Below, one piece after another: positions 27,551 through 35,919 of a stretch of DNA of 64,000 bases. Position 1 is the first letter of the stretch. Every line of letters starts with the position of its first letter. The translations under genes were made by a program, and so were the position numbers. This DNA is from a virus, in the IMG/VR virus record IMGVR_UViG_2881341136_000002, positions 1,733 through 65,732 of that record. The stretch is one strand, 5' to 3'. The notes beneath the pieces were generated by a model. It saw nothing but the letters and a program-made list of their open reading frames with translations. It did not search any database and had not been told where the DNA came from.

Positions 27551-28572
27551 GCGTCACCGTCCTTGCGTTCCACCTGCGGAGCAGCGGAAACCATGGCGGT
27601 GTATATGTCGCTATAGTTCACGTCAAGAGAGCCGCCCATACCTCTGGTTACTCCACAACCAATAGCGGCACCTGTCATTTCCGGCGTCGGCGCTAACGGC
27701 ACCAATACCCAATCATCCGGAATTACCGGAGATTTGCCACCTCGGAGCATGGCGGCGCGGCAGGCGTTCCAGCCTGATTTTTGCTGGACGATTCCAAATT
27801 GCCTTAGCATCTCAGCAACAGCGATGAATGAGCCAAATTCATAATATTTCGCCGGATCATTATCTTGATGGCGTCCACCTAGATGCGCTGCCCAATCTCC
27901 ATAGGTCCATTCAAAACGATCGCTATGTTGTTCATCCGGCACCGTGTAAGGCTGGCTAATGCTTGAATGCAGAGCGCGGGTTTCACGCAGGCATGTATTC
28001 CAGGCTATGAAAGCGGCCTGTTGCTCTGCGTCTGTACGTAGACCCCACTTAGCTCTTGCTTCATGCATTGTAATGCCGGACGGGAGCTCTAGTTGGCTTG
28101 CGGCTGGTGGAAGCGAATAGACGAGAGCGCCAGCGGGGACGTCACATAGCCACGTCACTGATCCATTGTCTTGGTCAATTTCACCAATCGGTTCGGCTAC
28201 CATAATCGCCTTTCCGTCATAAGCTGCGAGTCCCGTCCGTAACTGCTGGTTCTCTTCTTGGTGCTCTTTTGCCGTTCTGCGTAGCTTGTTCGCCAGCACT
28301 ACTGATTCGGACAGCTCAGATCGCAGTGATAGCACTGCGTCGTTTAGTCGCGATATTTCGGCAATGACGCCAGCCTGAACGCTTGTATTGACCGGGATAT
28401 TCAGCGCGGAACGGATGCTGTTTAGTTGCAAATCCATGTCAGCGTTTGCCGCCACCAGCATTTCCATGCGATTAGCGATAGCGTTTAGTTTTTCGCGCCC
28501 CTGCTCCGTGTCTGCTATGCCAGCAACGGTGCGCATCGCTTCGATTAATTGAGCTGTTGATAATGTGGTCAT
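27547..28572 (-). CDS. Ead/Ea22-like mosaic protein
   Basis: WNACRAAML and VIPDDWVLVP.PT.EM modules. Confidence 0.6.
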   Translation of the reverse strand: MTTLSTAQLIEAMRTVAGIADTEQGREKLNAIANRMEMLVAANADMDLQLNSIRSALNIPVNTSVQAGVIAEISRLNDAVLSLRSELSESVVLANKLRRTAKEHQEENQQLRTGLAAYDGKAIMVAEPIGEIDQDNGSVTWLCDVPAGALVYSLPPAASQLELPSGITMHEARAKWGLRTDAEQQAAFIAWNTCLRETRALHSSISQPYTVPDEQHSDRFEWTYGDWAAHLGGRHQDNDPAKYYEFGSFIAVAEMLRQFGIVQQKSGWNACRAAMLRGGKSPVIPDDWVLVPLAPTPEMTGAAIGCGVTRGMGGSLDVNYSDIYTAMVSAAPQVERKDGDA

Positions 28573-28823
28573 TTGGTCTTGCCTCGTTTTTGGTCGTGAT
28601 ATTCGCGCCAGTGATTCAGGCGCGCTCTAAAATGTTCCCGATACTGCTCCGCTACCGTGTCCAGCTCTTTTTCAACGTGGCGCCGCAGTGTTTTTCCCGC
28701 GATTAACGAGTTGATCAGCTGATTGGCTCGTTTATCCAGTTCCAACTTGTCCTGAAACTCTCGCGGCCACTCAGCGATATTGATCGGTAGCCCAGCGGGC
28801 AGATAATCCGAGTTTTCGTACAC
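28569..28823 (-). CDS. Hypothetical protein
   Basis: Coupled ORF in operon. Confidence 0.65.
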   Translation of the reverse strand: MYENSDYLPAGLPINIAEWPREFQDKLELDKRANQLINSLIAGKTLRRHVEKELDTVAEQYREHFRARLNHWREYHDQKRGKTK

Positions 28824-28825
28824 GG

Positions 28826-29305
28826 TTATTCACCCGTCATGCCGCGACCGGCCCGGTCTGAATTCAGATAAAAATCTTTATCAACCGACTCAAGAGTGAA
28901 TTCAGGCGTCGGTTTTTCGTGACGTGTAATTTTTACGTGCGGGGAATTGATCATTGATGTCAGTCGCCCACTGAGTTTTATCAGCGTCGTACCATGACCG
29001 GGATAGTGTTTATCCAGTGCTGCCAGAATCTGTGTTTTAGTCAGCGTCTTCCCGATCATCACGCTGATGAGGCTTTTTGCATCCAGCGTTACATGTGGCT
29101 TGGCCTTTTTCTGTTTCCGGCTAGCAGTTTTAAGGAGTGGAGCGAACTTAGGTTTAACAACCTGAACTGGCGCAGGAGCCGGCACGTACGGTGAACGTGT
29201 GCGAGCGCGGGCGTTTGCGTTCATAGTCCAGATGATCCGCGCGGTGTGGTCGCAGCCATCGTCGGTCATGAATGGGCGTGCGTAAATAACATCAATTGTA
29301 ATCAT
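28826..29305 (-). CDS. Hypothetical (possible DNA-binding) protein
   Basis: ORF after helicase with motif RBS. Confidence 0.65.
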   Translation of the reverse strand: MITIDVIYARPFMTDDGCDHTARIIWTMNANARARTRSPYVPAPAPVQVVKPKFAPLLKTASRKQKKAKPHVTLDAKSLISVMIGKTLTKTQILAALDKHYPGHGTTLIKLSGRLTSMINSPHVKITRHEKPTPEFTLESVDKDFYLNSDRAGRGMTGE

Positions 29306-29352
29306 TTGGTCTTGCCTCTTTGGTCGGTTAATTAGGCGCTGGTCAGGCGCGG

Positions 29353-30762
29353 TTAAAATGCTTGGATTGTTTCTTTTTTGGTGTAACGTCTTGCCCTGGG
29401 TGTTTCGTTTCTGCTTCTTCGTTGTGCGATATCCTCATCAGTTGTGTCTCTGAAGTACCCATCTGTCAGCAGGACATGAGCGGTACCGGATGGCCCCTCA
29501 CGGTTTAATCGCAAAATCACCTCAGTCAGTTGTGGGTCTGCGTTCTCGTCATAGACACCTTCCCGATAGAGGCCGATCCACACGTCGCAATCTTGCTCGA
29601 TCTGTCCGCTGTCCTTACTGTCCGAGGGTAACGGGCGTTTATCTGCTCGTTGCTCAAGGCTGCGGTTAAGTTGAGTGAGCAACAGCACAACGCAATTCAA
29701 TTCTTTCGCCAGATTCTTTAGGCCTGTCGTTATCGCGCCGTAGCTGATATCTCGCCGCTCTGCGGCTTCTCCACGCATTAGTGTGAGGTAGTCAATAGCA
29801 ACCAAGCCAACGGCACCACGCTGGCGCTTGATTCGTCTACACTCCCCTGTAACGTGGGCAAGAGAAATGCCAGACGTGCTGTCAATAAACATGTTCGACT
29901 CAGCGATGTCTTTTGCCATCGCCATTGCTCGGCTCATGTCGCTTTCGTTGTGAGCGCCAACATAGAAAATATTCGAGCTGGTGCGGGATTCTTGACTCAC
30001 CATTCTTTCAATCAGTCGGGCATCGGTCATTTCCAGACTAAACAGCAGCGTTGGTAATCTGTGGTTCAAAGCGAAATGGGTGGCTACGCGGTTGTAAAAC
30101 GCGGTTTTCCCCATTTTGGGGCGTGCACCAACGACAACGAGCGAACCGCGTAAAACATGTTTGGGCTCCATCACTCGATCGAGGTCTTCTATCCCCAGGG
30201 TCAGGCCACCAGCATGCTCAGGGTTACTGAATCGCTGCTCAACTTCCGCAAGCCAATCATCAACAACGTCAAGCGCTGGCCGTAATCCGCTGCTGCGCCC
30301 TGTAGCTGTTGCCTCGAAAGCCTGATTAACTAATTGCTGGGCGCTGCTTAAACGCTCTTCGATGCTCATTGAACCGCGAGCAACGATGATTTCTGCGCTG
30401 GCGGCCAGCTTGCGCTGAATATAGCGAGCCATTGCGTTATCACGAACGATCCCCGCATATGCCAATACGTTTGCAGCTGCCGGAATCTTGCAGATATCGG
30501 CCAGATACGAAAAACCGCCGCAAAGCTCAATTTCTCCTCTGGTTTTCAACTCATCACTCAGGGTGATCAGATCAATGGGCTGGTGCTGCCTGACTAGATC
30601 CGTTATGCACTGATAAATCAATTTGTGCTGACGGAGATAAAACGATTCTGGTTTCAGCATCGATAGCACGGTACCGCGCAGATCATCATCGTCATGCAGC
30701 ATCAGGCCGCCCAGCGTAGCCTGTTCAGCGCCGGTGTTATGCGGCGGTACGAATTCACCCAT
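29353..30762 (-). CDS. Replicative DnaB-like helicase
   Basis: GARPKMGKT Walker A, FSLEM, IDYL, LTQLNR, SDSKDSGQIEQDCD. Confidence 0.95.
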   Translation of the reverse strand: MGEFVPPHNTGAEQATLGGLMLHDDDDLRGTVLSMLKPESFYLRQHKLIYQCITDLVRQHQPIDLITLSDELKTRGEIELCGGFSYLADICKIPAAANVLAYAGIVRDNAMARYIQRKLAASAEIIVARGSMSIEERLSSAQQLVNQAFEATATGRSSGLRPALDVVDDWLAEVEQRFSNPEHAGGLTLGIEDLDRVMEPKHVLRGSLVVVGARPKMGKTAFYNRVATHFALNHRLPTLLFSLEMTDARLIERMVSQESRTSSNIFYVGAHNESDMSRAMAMAKDIAESNMFIDSTSGISLAHVTGECRRIKRQRGAVGLVAIDYLTLMRGEAAERRDISYGAITTGLKNLAKELNCVVLLLTQLNRSLEQRADKRPLPSDSKDSGQIEQDCDVWIGLYREGVYDENADPQLTEVILRLNREGPSGTAHVLLTDGYFRDTTDEDIAQRRSRNETPRARRYTKKETIQAF

Positions 30763-31357
30763 GATTACCCGTCCTGTAGCTGTCCCATGCGAACGGGATT
30801 ACCGCGGCGCTTTCCATAACGCGATCCATTGCCCGGTAACCGAGAAACGTGTCCAGTTCTTCCCGCGTGTAGTTGCTCACCAGAATGCACGGCAGCATCT
30901 GTTCATACCGAGTGTTGATGACCTCAGAAACCAGCAGGCGCTCTGAGTCGGTTCCGTGCTGCATGCCGATCTCATCGATAACGAGTAAATCCTGATCGCA
31001 GTAAAAGCCGAGGACGTCATACTCGGTGCGCTCACTGTTCTGTCTCCAACTGTCACGCATGGCACGAATGATGCGCTGTGCGGTTGTGAGGTAAACGTCA
31101 GCGTCGTGACGCTCAATCAGAGCGCGCATCACTGCGACAGATAGGTGCGTTTTTCCGGTGCCTGGTCGTCCCAGCAGGAGCATGTTTGATCCGTTCTCCG
31201 TCACCCCGCCCCATTCGCTGACGAATTGCTCGCAGGCGTTAAGGGCCTGTTTTGCTGGTTCGTTGATTGGGTTGAAATTCTCAAGTGATGCAGAAGAGAA
31301 CCGACGACCAACGCCGCTGTTTTGCGTCAGAATCTTTGTGATTTCGTCACTGGTCAT
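30755..31357 (-). CDS. DnaC/IstB-like helicase loader
   Basis: GRPGTGKTHL, LLVIDEIG, SN, DRV motifs. Confidence 0.92.
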   Translation of the reverse strand: MTSDEITKILTQNSGVGRRFSSASLENFNPINEPAKQALNACEQFVSEWGGVTENGSNMLLLGRPGTGKTHLSVAVMRALIERHDADVYLTTAQRIIRAMRDSWRQNSERTEYDVLGFYCDQDLLVIDEIGMQHGTDSERLLVSEVINTRYEQMLPCILVSNYTREELDTFLGYRAMDRVMESAAVIPFAWDSYRTGNHG

Positions 31358-32181
31358 TATTTCCGCTCCCCATGTCTAAAGCTGAAGCTGGCGGTACCGT
31401 AATCGCGAGACTGCATATCCTTCGTTGTATCGCTGGGCTTTGTTGCTGGGCGAAGCTGTTGCGGCTGCGAAGACACCACCCATGAGTTTTCCCATTCACG
31501 ACTGGGGCCATAGAACCGCTGCGCCTGCATCACGTACGGTGTGCCACTTTGCCCTTTTGCTACACAGAACGCGGCGTAGCGCTGAGTGCCTGCCAGCAGT
31601 TCATCCGGAGTGACCCCCTCTTTGATTCGGGCCTGCCAGTGTTTGAATGCATGATTTTTCGGATTTGACCCCTCTCGTTTTGGATATGCTTTCCAGCAGG
31701 ATTCAAATTCATCCGAGTGGGGGTTGGTTAATTTCTTGCTCGCGTCATCGCCAGATGACACAAGTGTTTTTTTGTTTGTATTCAGTTCTTGTTTTAATTC
31801 ATTACTTATTAGTGGGGGATTTGCCGTCTCCGGCTTAACCGTCGCCGGATTATCCGTCTCCGGTGAAATTCGAGGTACTTCGCTGACCACGTAAGACACG
31901 CCATCAAACGATCCAGTGGTGTTACGTTTAGTATCAGCGTGCACGTACCCGGATGTTTTTAACTCGTTGAGTAATCCCCTAACAGCATCCCGCCCTGCTG
32001 GTTTGCCAGATCCCTTTGTCTGGTTAATCAAATCAGCAACGGAAACCTCCCAGTTATCTGGCTTGCCGAGCAGGTAAATCAATAGCCCACGTGCGCCCCA
32101 AGACAACGAGAGATCTTCACTAATCGATTTATCCAGCGTATAAAATTGCGATTCAGGCCGCGGGCCTCGTCTGATAGCCAT
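31357..32181 (-). CDS. Replication initiator protein
   Basis: LSWGARGLLIYLLGKPDNW wHTH; FESCWKAYPKR C-domain; internal iterons. Confidence 0.85.
   Translation of the reverse strand: MAIRRGPRPESQFYTLDKSISEDLSLSWGARGLLIYLLGKPDNWEVSVADLINQTKGSGKPAGRDAVRGLLNELKTSGYVHADTKRNTTGSFDGVSYVVSEVPRISPETDNPATVKPETANPPLISNELKQELNTNKKTLVSSGDDASKKLTNPHSDEFESCWKAYPKREGSNPKNHAFKHWQARIKEGVTPDELLAGTQRYAAFCVAKGQSGTPYVMQAQRFYGPSREWENSWVVSSQPQQLRPATKPSDTTKDMQSRDYGTASFSFRHGERK
31824..31863. repeat. Three 10-bp iterons (CCGTCTCCGG/CCGTCGCCGG), 15-bp period: probable origin
   Basis: Repeats at 31824, 31839, 31854 next to an AT-rich tract at ~31765-31810. Confidence 0.7.
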
Positions 32182-32183
32182 AA

Positions 32184-32408
32184 TTAAACCCCCAGCGCGT
32201 CCGCTATCTGCCGTACTGCGTCCTGATATTCTTCAGGTGATAGGTTCAGCATTTTTAATGCCGCCTTGCTTTTCTCGTATTGCTCCCACACGGAAAGCGC
32301 AACAACGCGACGGCCATCAAATACCGGTTCAACATCTTCAATGCTGACGGGCTGGCCATTCAGCCGGAATCCGTTCCGGTATGTAATCCTGTCGATTCGT
32401 GTAAGCAT
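32184..32408 (-). CDS. Hypothetical protein (start reassigned to MLTRIDR)
   Basis: ATG preceded by the GAGGCAAGACCA motif. Confidence 0.7.
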   Translation of the reverse strand: MLTRIDRITYRNGFRLNGQPVSIEDVEPVFDGRRVVALSVWEQYEKSKAALKMLNLSPEEYQDAVRQIADALGV

Positions 32409-32421
32409 TGGTCTTGCCTCG

Positions 32422-32874
32422 CTATGCAACTAACTGCTGAGTAACTGGCAACAGCGCATACATCGCCTCTGTCGCTTTATTTATTCGTTGTGACATGTCA
32501 CAGCATCCGAGCAACACAGCACTCATCGCTGTGGAAAATTCACGGATGGCGATCGCGGTCAGGTAGTTAACAGATCGGTCATTCTGCAAACGAGCCCGCC
32601 GTTCTCCGGGTAATGCCGCCAGCATCACTGGCGCCAGCAACTGGATTTTTCTCTGTGCTGCGCGTGAGCCACTACGCAACCAGCGGAAAATCTGCTGCCT
32701 GTTGTTATTAATGGCTTTCCAGTCAGCAACGCCGTGCTGCTCGATTTCATGCAGCCGGATATGTGGATCGCCGCCAGCAAGAAAAAATCGCCTGGTTATC
32801 TCGATCGCTACAGTTTCCTGTCCTGCATCAACCGCCCACAATTCGATCTCGTTCGTCAGCTCCTGAATATTCAT
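32422..32874 (-). CDS. YdaT/CII-like regulator
   Basis: NRQQIFRWL...IQLLAPVMLAALP; position after cro. Confidence 0.75.
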   Translation of the reverse strand: MNIQELTNEIELWAVDAGQETVAIEITRRFFLAGGDPHIRLHEIEQHGVADWKAINNNRQQIFRWLRSGSRAAQRKIQLLAPVMLAALPGERRARLQNDRSVNYLTAIAIREFSTAMSAVLLGCCDMSQRINKATEAMYALLPVTQQLVA

Positions 32875-32919
32875 TGCGTCTCCTGTCGCAAATTGATTTT
32901 TGATAATCAGATTTTTTGG

Positions 32920-33114
32920 TTATGCCTCGTTATTGTTTTGCCCATACAAAACAGGGTCGTATTTCAATACGCCATTTGTCATGCGCTCTAAAAGTAGCGC
33001 GTACTTCCATGGGACCAGATCAGGCCAGACAGATACTGTAGATTTAGCTATCCCCAAAAACTTAGCGGTGGCAGTCGTCCCACCGAGATGCTTGAGTACT
33101 TTTTCCTTTTCCAC
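32920..33114 (-). CDS. cro: Cro-like repressor
   Basis: GGTTATAKFLGIAKSTVSVW HTH; divergent from cI. Confidence 0.85.
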   Translation of the reverse strand: MEKEKVLKHLGGTTATAKFLGIAKSTVSVWPDLVPWKYALLLERMTNGVLKYDPVLYGQNNNEA

Positions 33115-33146
33115 TTAAAACCTCGAGATTGATTACCATGACAAAC

Positions 33147-33210
33147 AGTTTAATTTTACGAACAATAAAAAGTCAAGAATACGAACCTTATTTGTTCGAA
33201 AATAAGAACA
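33147..33210. promoter_or_regulatory. OR operators (AGTTT-N7-CGAAC type)
   Basis: AGTTTaattttaCGAAC at 33147; GTTCGaaaataaGAACA at 33194. Confidence 0.65.
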
Positions 33211-33866
33211 TGAAAAAAATGAACATACACGACCGAATCAACTTAAGAATGGCCTTGCTTACATTGAAAAGCAGGCACTTAGTTGATGCTACCGGGGCTT
33301 CCAAAGCGACAGTAAGTCAGTGGGTGAATGGCGGTTCCGAACCCTCTGCCAGATACATCCCTTCGCTTGCTAGAGTTCTCAGGGTTTCAGAAAACTGGCT
33401 CTTAGAAGGGGGGCCATTAATTGAGCCTCATCCAGAGACTGGGCACTCAATACCCATCCGCGTTAGAGACATACCGCTAATAACTCTTGAGCAAGCTGCA
33501 ATCTGGCACTCTTTAATGACCGACTCCTTTGAGGACGAGATAGAATTAATAGAGGTTCCTGATCTGGTAACGCCCTATGCGTTTGCTGTGAGAATGGAAA
33601 ATAATTCTATGATGGACCTATCTGGGCAGGGGTTGTCGATACCAATAGGTTCAATACTGATAACTGATGTGGGCAGGCAGGTAAAATCGGGCTCAATTGT
33701 TGTCGCAGCGATCGAGAATCACCGTGAAGCGGTAATAAAACGCTACGTTGCTGACGGCCCAAACAAATATTTAATGTCTATAAATCAAAGTTTTGACAAA
33801 ATACTTTTTAATGAAAAAAGCACGATTATTGGCGTCTGTGTAAAAATGCAAATGAACCTAATCTAA
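33210..33866 (+). CDS. cI: CI repressor (HTH + S24 peptidase), start reassigned to MKKMN
   Basis: ASKATVSQWVNG HTH; RMENNSM Ser motif and AVIKRY Lys motif. Confidence 0.9.
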   Translation: MKKMNIHDRINLRMALLTLKSRHLVDATGASKATVSQWVNGGSEPSARYIPSLARVLRVSENWLLEGGPLIEPHPETGHSIPIRVRDIPLITLEQAAIWHSLMTDSFEDEIELIEVPDLVTPYAFAVRMENNSMMDLSGQGLSIPIGSILITDVGRQVKSGSIVVAAIENHREAVIKRYVADGPNKYLMSINQSFDKILFNEKSTIIGVCVKMQMNLI

Positions 33867-33890
33867 CCTAACCCACCCTCTTTACAAACA

Positions 33891-33913
33891 AGCCGGCTGA
33901 AGCCGGTTTTTTT
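33891..33913 (+). terminator. Terminator after cI
   Basis: CCGGC-TGAA-GCCGG followed by T7. Confidence 0.8.
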
Positions 33914-33928
33914 GTGTCCAACACAAAA

Positions 33929-33982
33929 AGTTTATCGTTACGAACAAAACGGGATTGACAGAAAAGTTCGTTTATATAAACT
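33929..33982 (+). promoter_or_regulatory. OL operators overlapping pL
   Basis: AGTTTatcgttaCGAAC (33929) and GTTCGtttatatAAACT (33966) flank TTGACA at 33955, with a -10-like TAAACT at 33977. Confidence 0.7.
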
Positions 33983-34075
33983 AATATCCATCAGCAGCGA
34001 ACGGGCAGAACTCCTACGAAGCAATACCATGAGTTACTTTGTGACCTGCCTAGCTAAGTAGCCAGTCCGAGGCAA

Positions 34076-34516
34076 ATGAATATGACGACGGTTGATGAAT
34101 GTATAGACCATGGAAGAGTTGGAAATGCAGATGGGTACCTTGCTACAAACAGAAAAATAGATGGTGTTTTAAGAAGTTGCTATCTGCACAGGTTGGTTTA
34201 TTGCCAATCACAAGGGTTAACTCTTGAAGATATTAACGGATTAGTTGTCAGGCACAAATGCGACAACCCGCGGTGCGTAAACCCGAACCACCTAGAAACA
34301 GGGACGGTAAGGGACAACAACATAGATTGCGTTTTGAGAGGGAGACACCCAAAACCAAACGCAAGGATCGATTTGGAAACCGCTGAAAAGATACGCAGCG
34401 AATATAAAACGAGAGAAGTAACACAGAAGCAAATTGGCGAGAAGTACGGACTTTCTCGAACGCACATCGGAGGTATTGTGCGGCATGAGGCTTGGAAAGC
34501 AAACGAAATTACGTAG
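34076..34516 (+). CDS. HNH homing endonuclease with C-terminal HTH
   Basis: VRHKCDNPRCVNPNHLETGT..DN motif. Confidence 0.88.
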   Translation: MNMTTVDECIDHGRVGNADGYLATNRKIDGVLRSCYLHRLVYCQSQGLTLEDINGLVVRHKCDNPRCVNPNHLETGTVRDNNIDCVLRGRHPKPNARIDLETAEKIRSEYKTREVTQKQIGEKYGLSRTHIGGIVRHEAWKANEIT

Positions 34517-35114
34517 CCACAGCGGGAAAGTGTGGCAAGGCAAGACCAACCCACATCGCAGACCACGCTCACTGAGTGGCGATGTGGGAAATCAACCAGG
34601 CGCAGTTGCGCTTTTTGGGTAACACGTTCTGACAGCGGGAAAGACTGCGATCACACCAGAGATACGGTCGTAAGTTCTGCTCCGATTGGAGTGGTAAAGC
34701 GACGCCGGATAGCGTAACCGGCACAAATTTGATTTGGAACGCTCCCCACCTGACGGTTTCTGCGGAACTGAACGGTGTGTTCTCCTGACGCATAGAGAGT
34801 CAATGCTAAGGCCGTCCGATGGCGCGTAAACGGGGTTAGCCTGAGTCCTCGATAAACCACGGATAAAACAGTGCCGTCCGCTCCACGTTACGGAGCACTG
34901 AATTTAAAGCATGGCGAAAGCCGAAAGACTTGAAGGCGATTTTCTCGGTTTGCGCGCTAAAGCATAGCGGGGGTGAAATCGGGGCGGAGAAGCAGAATCC
35001 GCGATGTCGGGACTTGATACTTCCGGCCAGACCAACAAGCCGACTGGTAGCGTTACTACCCTTTGCACCTAATCCGGCGAGGTAGCGCTGCCGGACCGGA
35101 TTAGGTGAATCGCT

Positions 35115-35290
35115 CACAACAGATAAGAGCATTTAGGGGACGGCGACTGTTTTACAGGCTGACAAGCGAACCGGAGATAGTGCTCTTATCGTTGTGGTGA
35201 ATGCACAGGCTGATGTGCCAAACCAGACTGGAAACAGTCGGGAGTCAGGCAAGACAAAGCTGGGATAACCGGTGGCGGCCACCACACAAA
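35115..35290 (+). ncRNA. C4-like antisense RNA with upstream a1/b1-like hairpin
   Basis: TGTGGTG/CACCACA closing stem, GTGAATGCACAGGCTGATGTG head; 16-bp CACAAC-GATAAGAGCA/TGCTCTTATC-GTTGTG leader stem. Confidence 0.65.
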
Positions 35291-35293
35291 ATT

Positions 35294-35352
35294 TAGCGAT
35301 CAGGTGATTAATGGGTTTCCCTGCCCGTTACTCGGTTCGACTCCGAGCGCTA
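35294..35352 (+). other. tRNA-like element (acceptor-like stem plus T-arm, no complete cloverleaf)
   Basis: TAGCG/CGCTA closing stem; CTCGG-TTCGACT-CCGAG T-arm; central TAATGGG/CCCGTTA hairpin. Confidence 0.5.
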
Positions 35353-35403
35353 TTCGAAATCACGTTGCCATCGTGAGAACTGCGAGAGAACTGCTGTGTA
35401 GTC

Positions 35404-35450
35404 ATTGGGCGGTGTGGGTTTTCGACCTTTACCCTATCCGCCAATTTTTT
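35404..35450 (+). terminator. Intrinsic terminator in the early-left operon
   Basis: ATTGG(G)CGG...CCGCCAAT stem followed by T6. Confidence 0.65.
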
Positions 35451-35459
35451 CGCAGACGT

Positions 35460-35596
35460 AAAAAAGCCCACCGTTAGGCAGGCTTCGTTACCCCGGTTAA
35501 CCGACCAAAGTATCACCGGGAGCGACAGAGGGGACCAACCCTCCATCGAGGCAAGACCAATGACAACCGAAGCCGACATTGATCGGTGTGATTATA
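35460..35596 (-). ncRNA. Predicted ~125-nt antisense RNA with its own -10 and terminator
   Basis: Minus-strand TATAAT at 35596-35591 (weak -35); terminator AAGCCTGC-N6-GTGGGCTT-TTTT at 35485-35460. Confidence 0.5.
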
Positions 35597-35901
35597 CGAG
35601 GAACGCTATGAAAGCGCCAGAAATCACAATCACGCTGTACCTCCATCTCAGCGCTTATACAGCTAAACCATTAATTGGCACATGTGACATGTCACAATAT
35701 GGTCATGCGTTAATTTCAACGTGTGAAGTCTCTGTGCCATTCCCTGAAGTAACCCCCGAATATCTGGCTGAACGCAAGATGTCAGCACTAAGAGAGCAGC
35801 AACAAAAGGTTCTCTCCGACGCTCAAACCAAAGCGAATGAACTTGAAGACCAGGTTCAGAAATTGCTGTGCGTTGAGCGCCAGTCAAAAAACCACGCTTA
35901 A
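35560..35901 (+). CDS. Hypothetical protein (alternative start MKAPE)
   Basis: ORF with motif RBS; coiled-coil C-terminus. Confidence 0.7.
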   Translation: MTTEADIDRCDYTRNAMKAPEITITLYLHLSAYTAKPLIGTCDMSQYGHALISTCEVSVPFPEVTPEYLAERKMSALREQQQKVLSDAQTKANELEDQVQKLLCVERQSKNHA

Positions 35902-35919
35902 CCGACCGAGGTAAGACCA

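Noticed and set aside
34516-35560. CRISPR array or coding ORFs listed in the track for this tract
   Set aside because: No regularly spaced direct repeats; the listed ORFs are short, mutually overlapping, lack RBSs and have no recognisable motifs.
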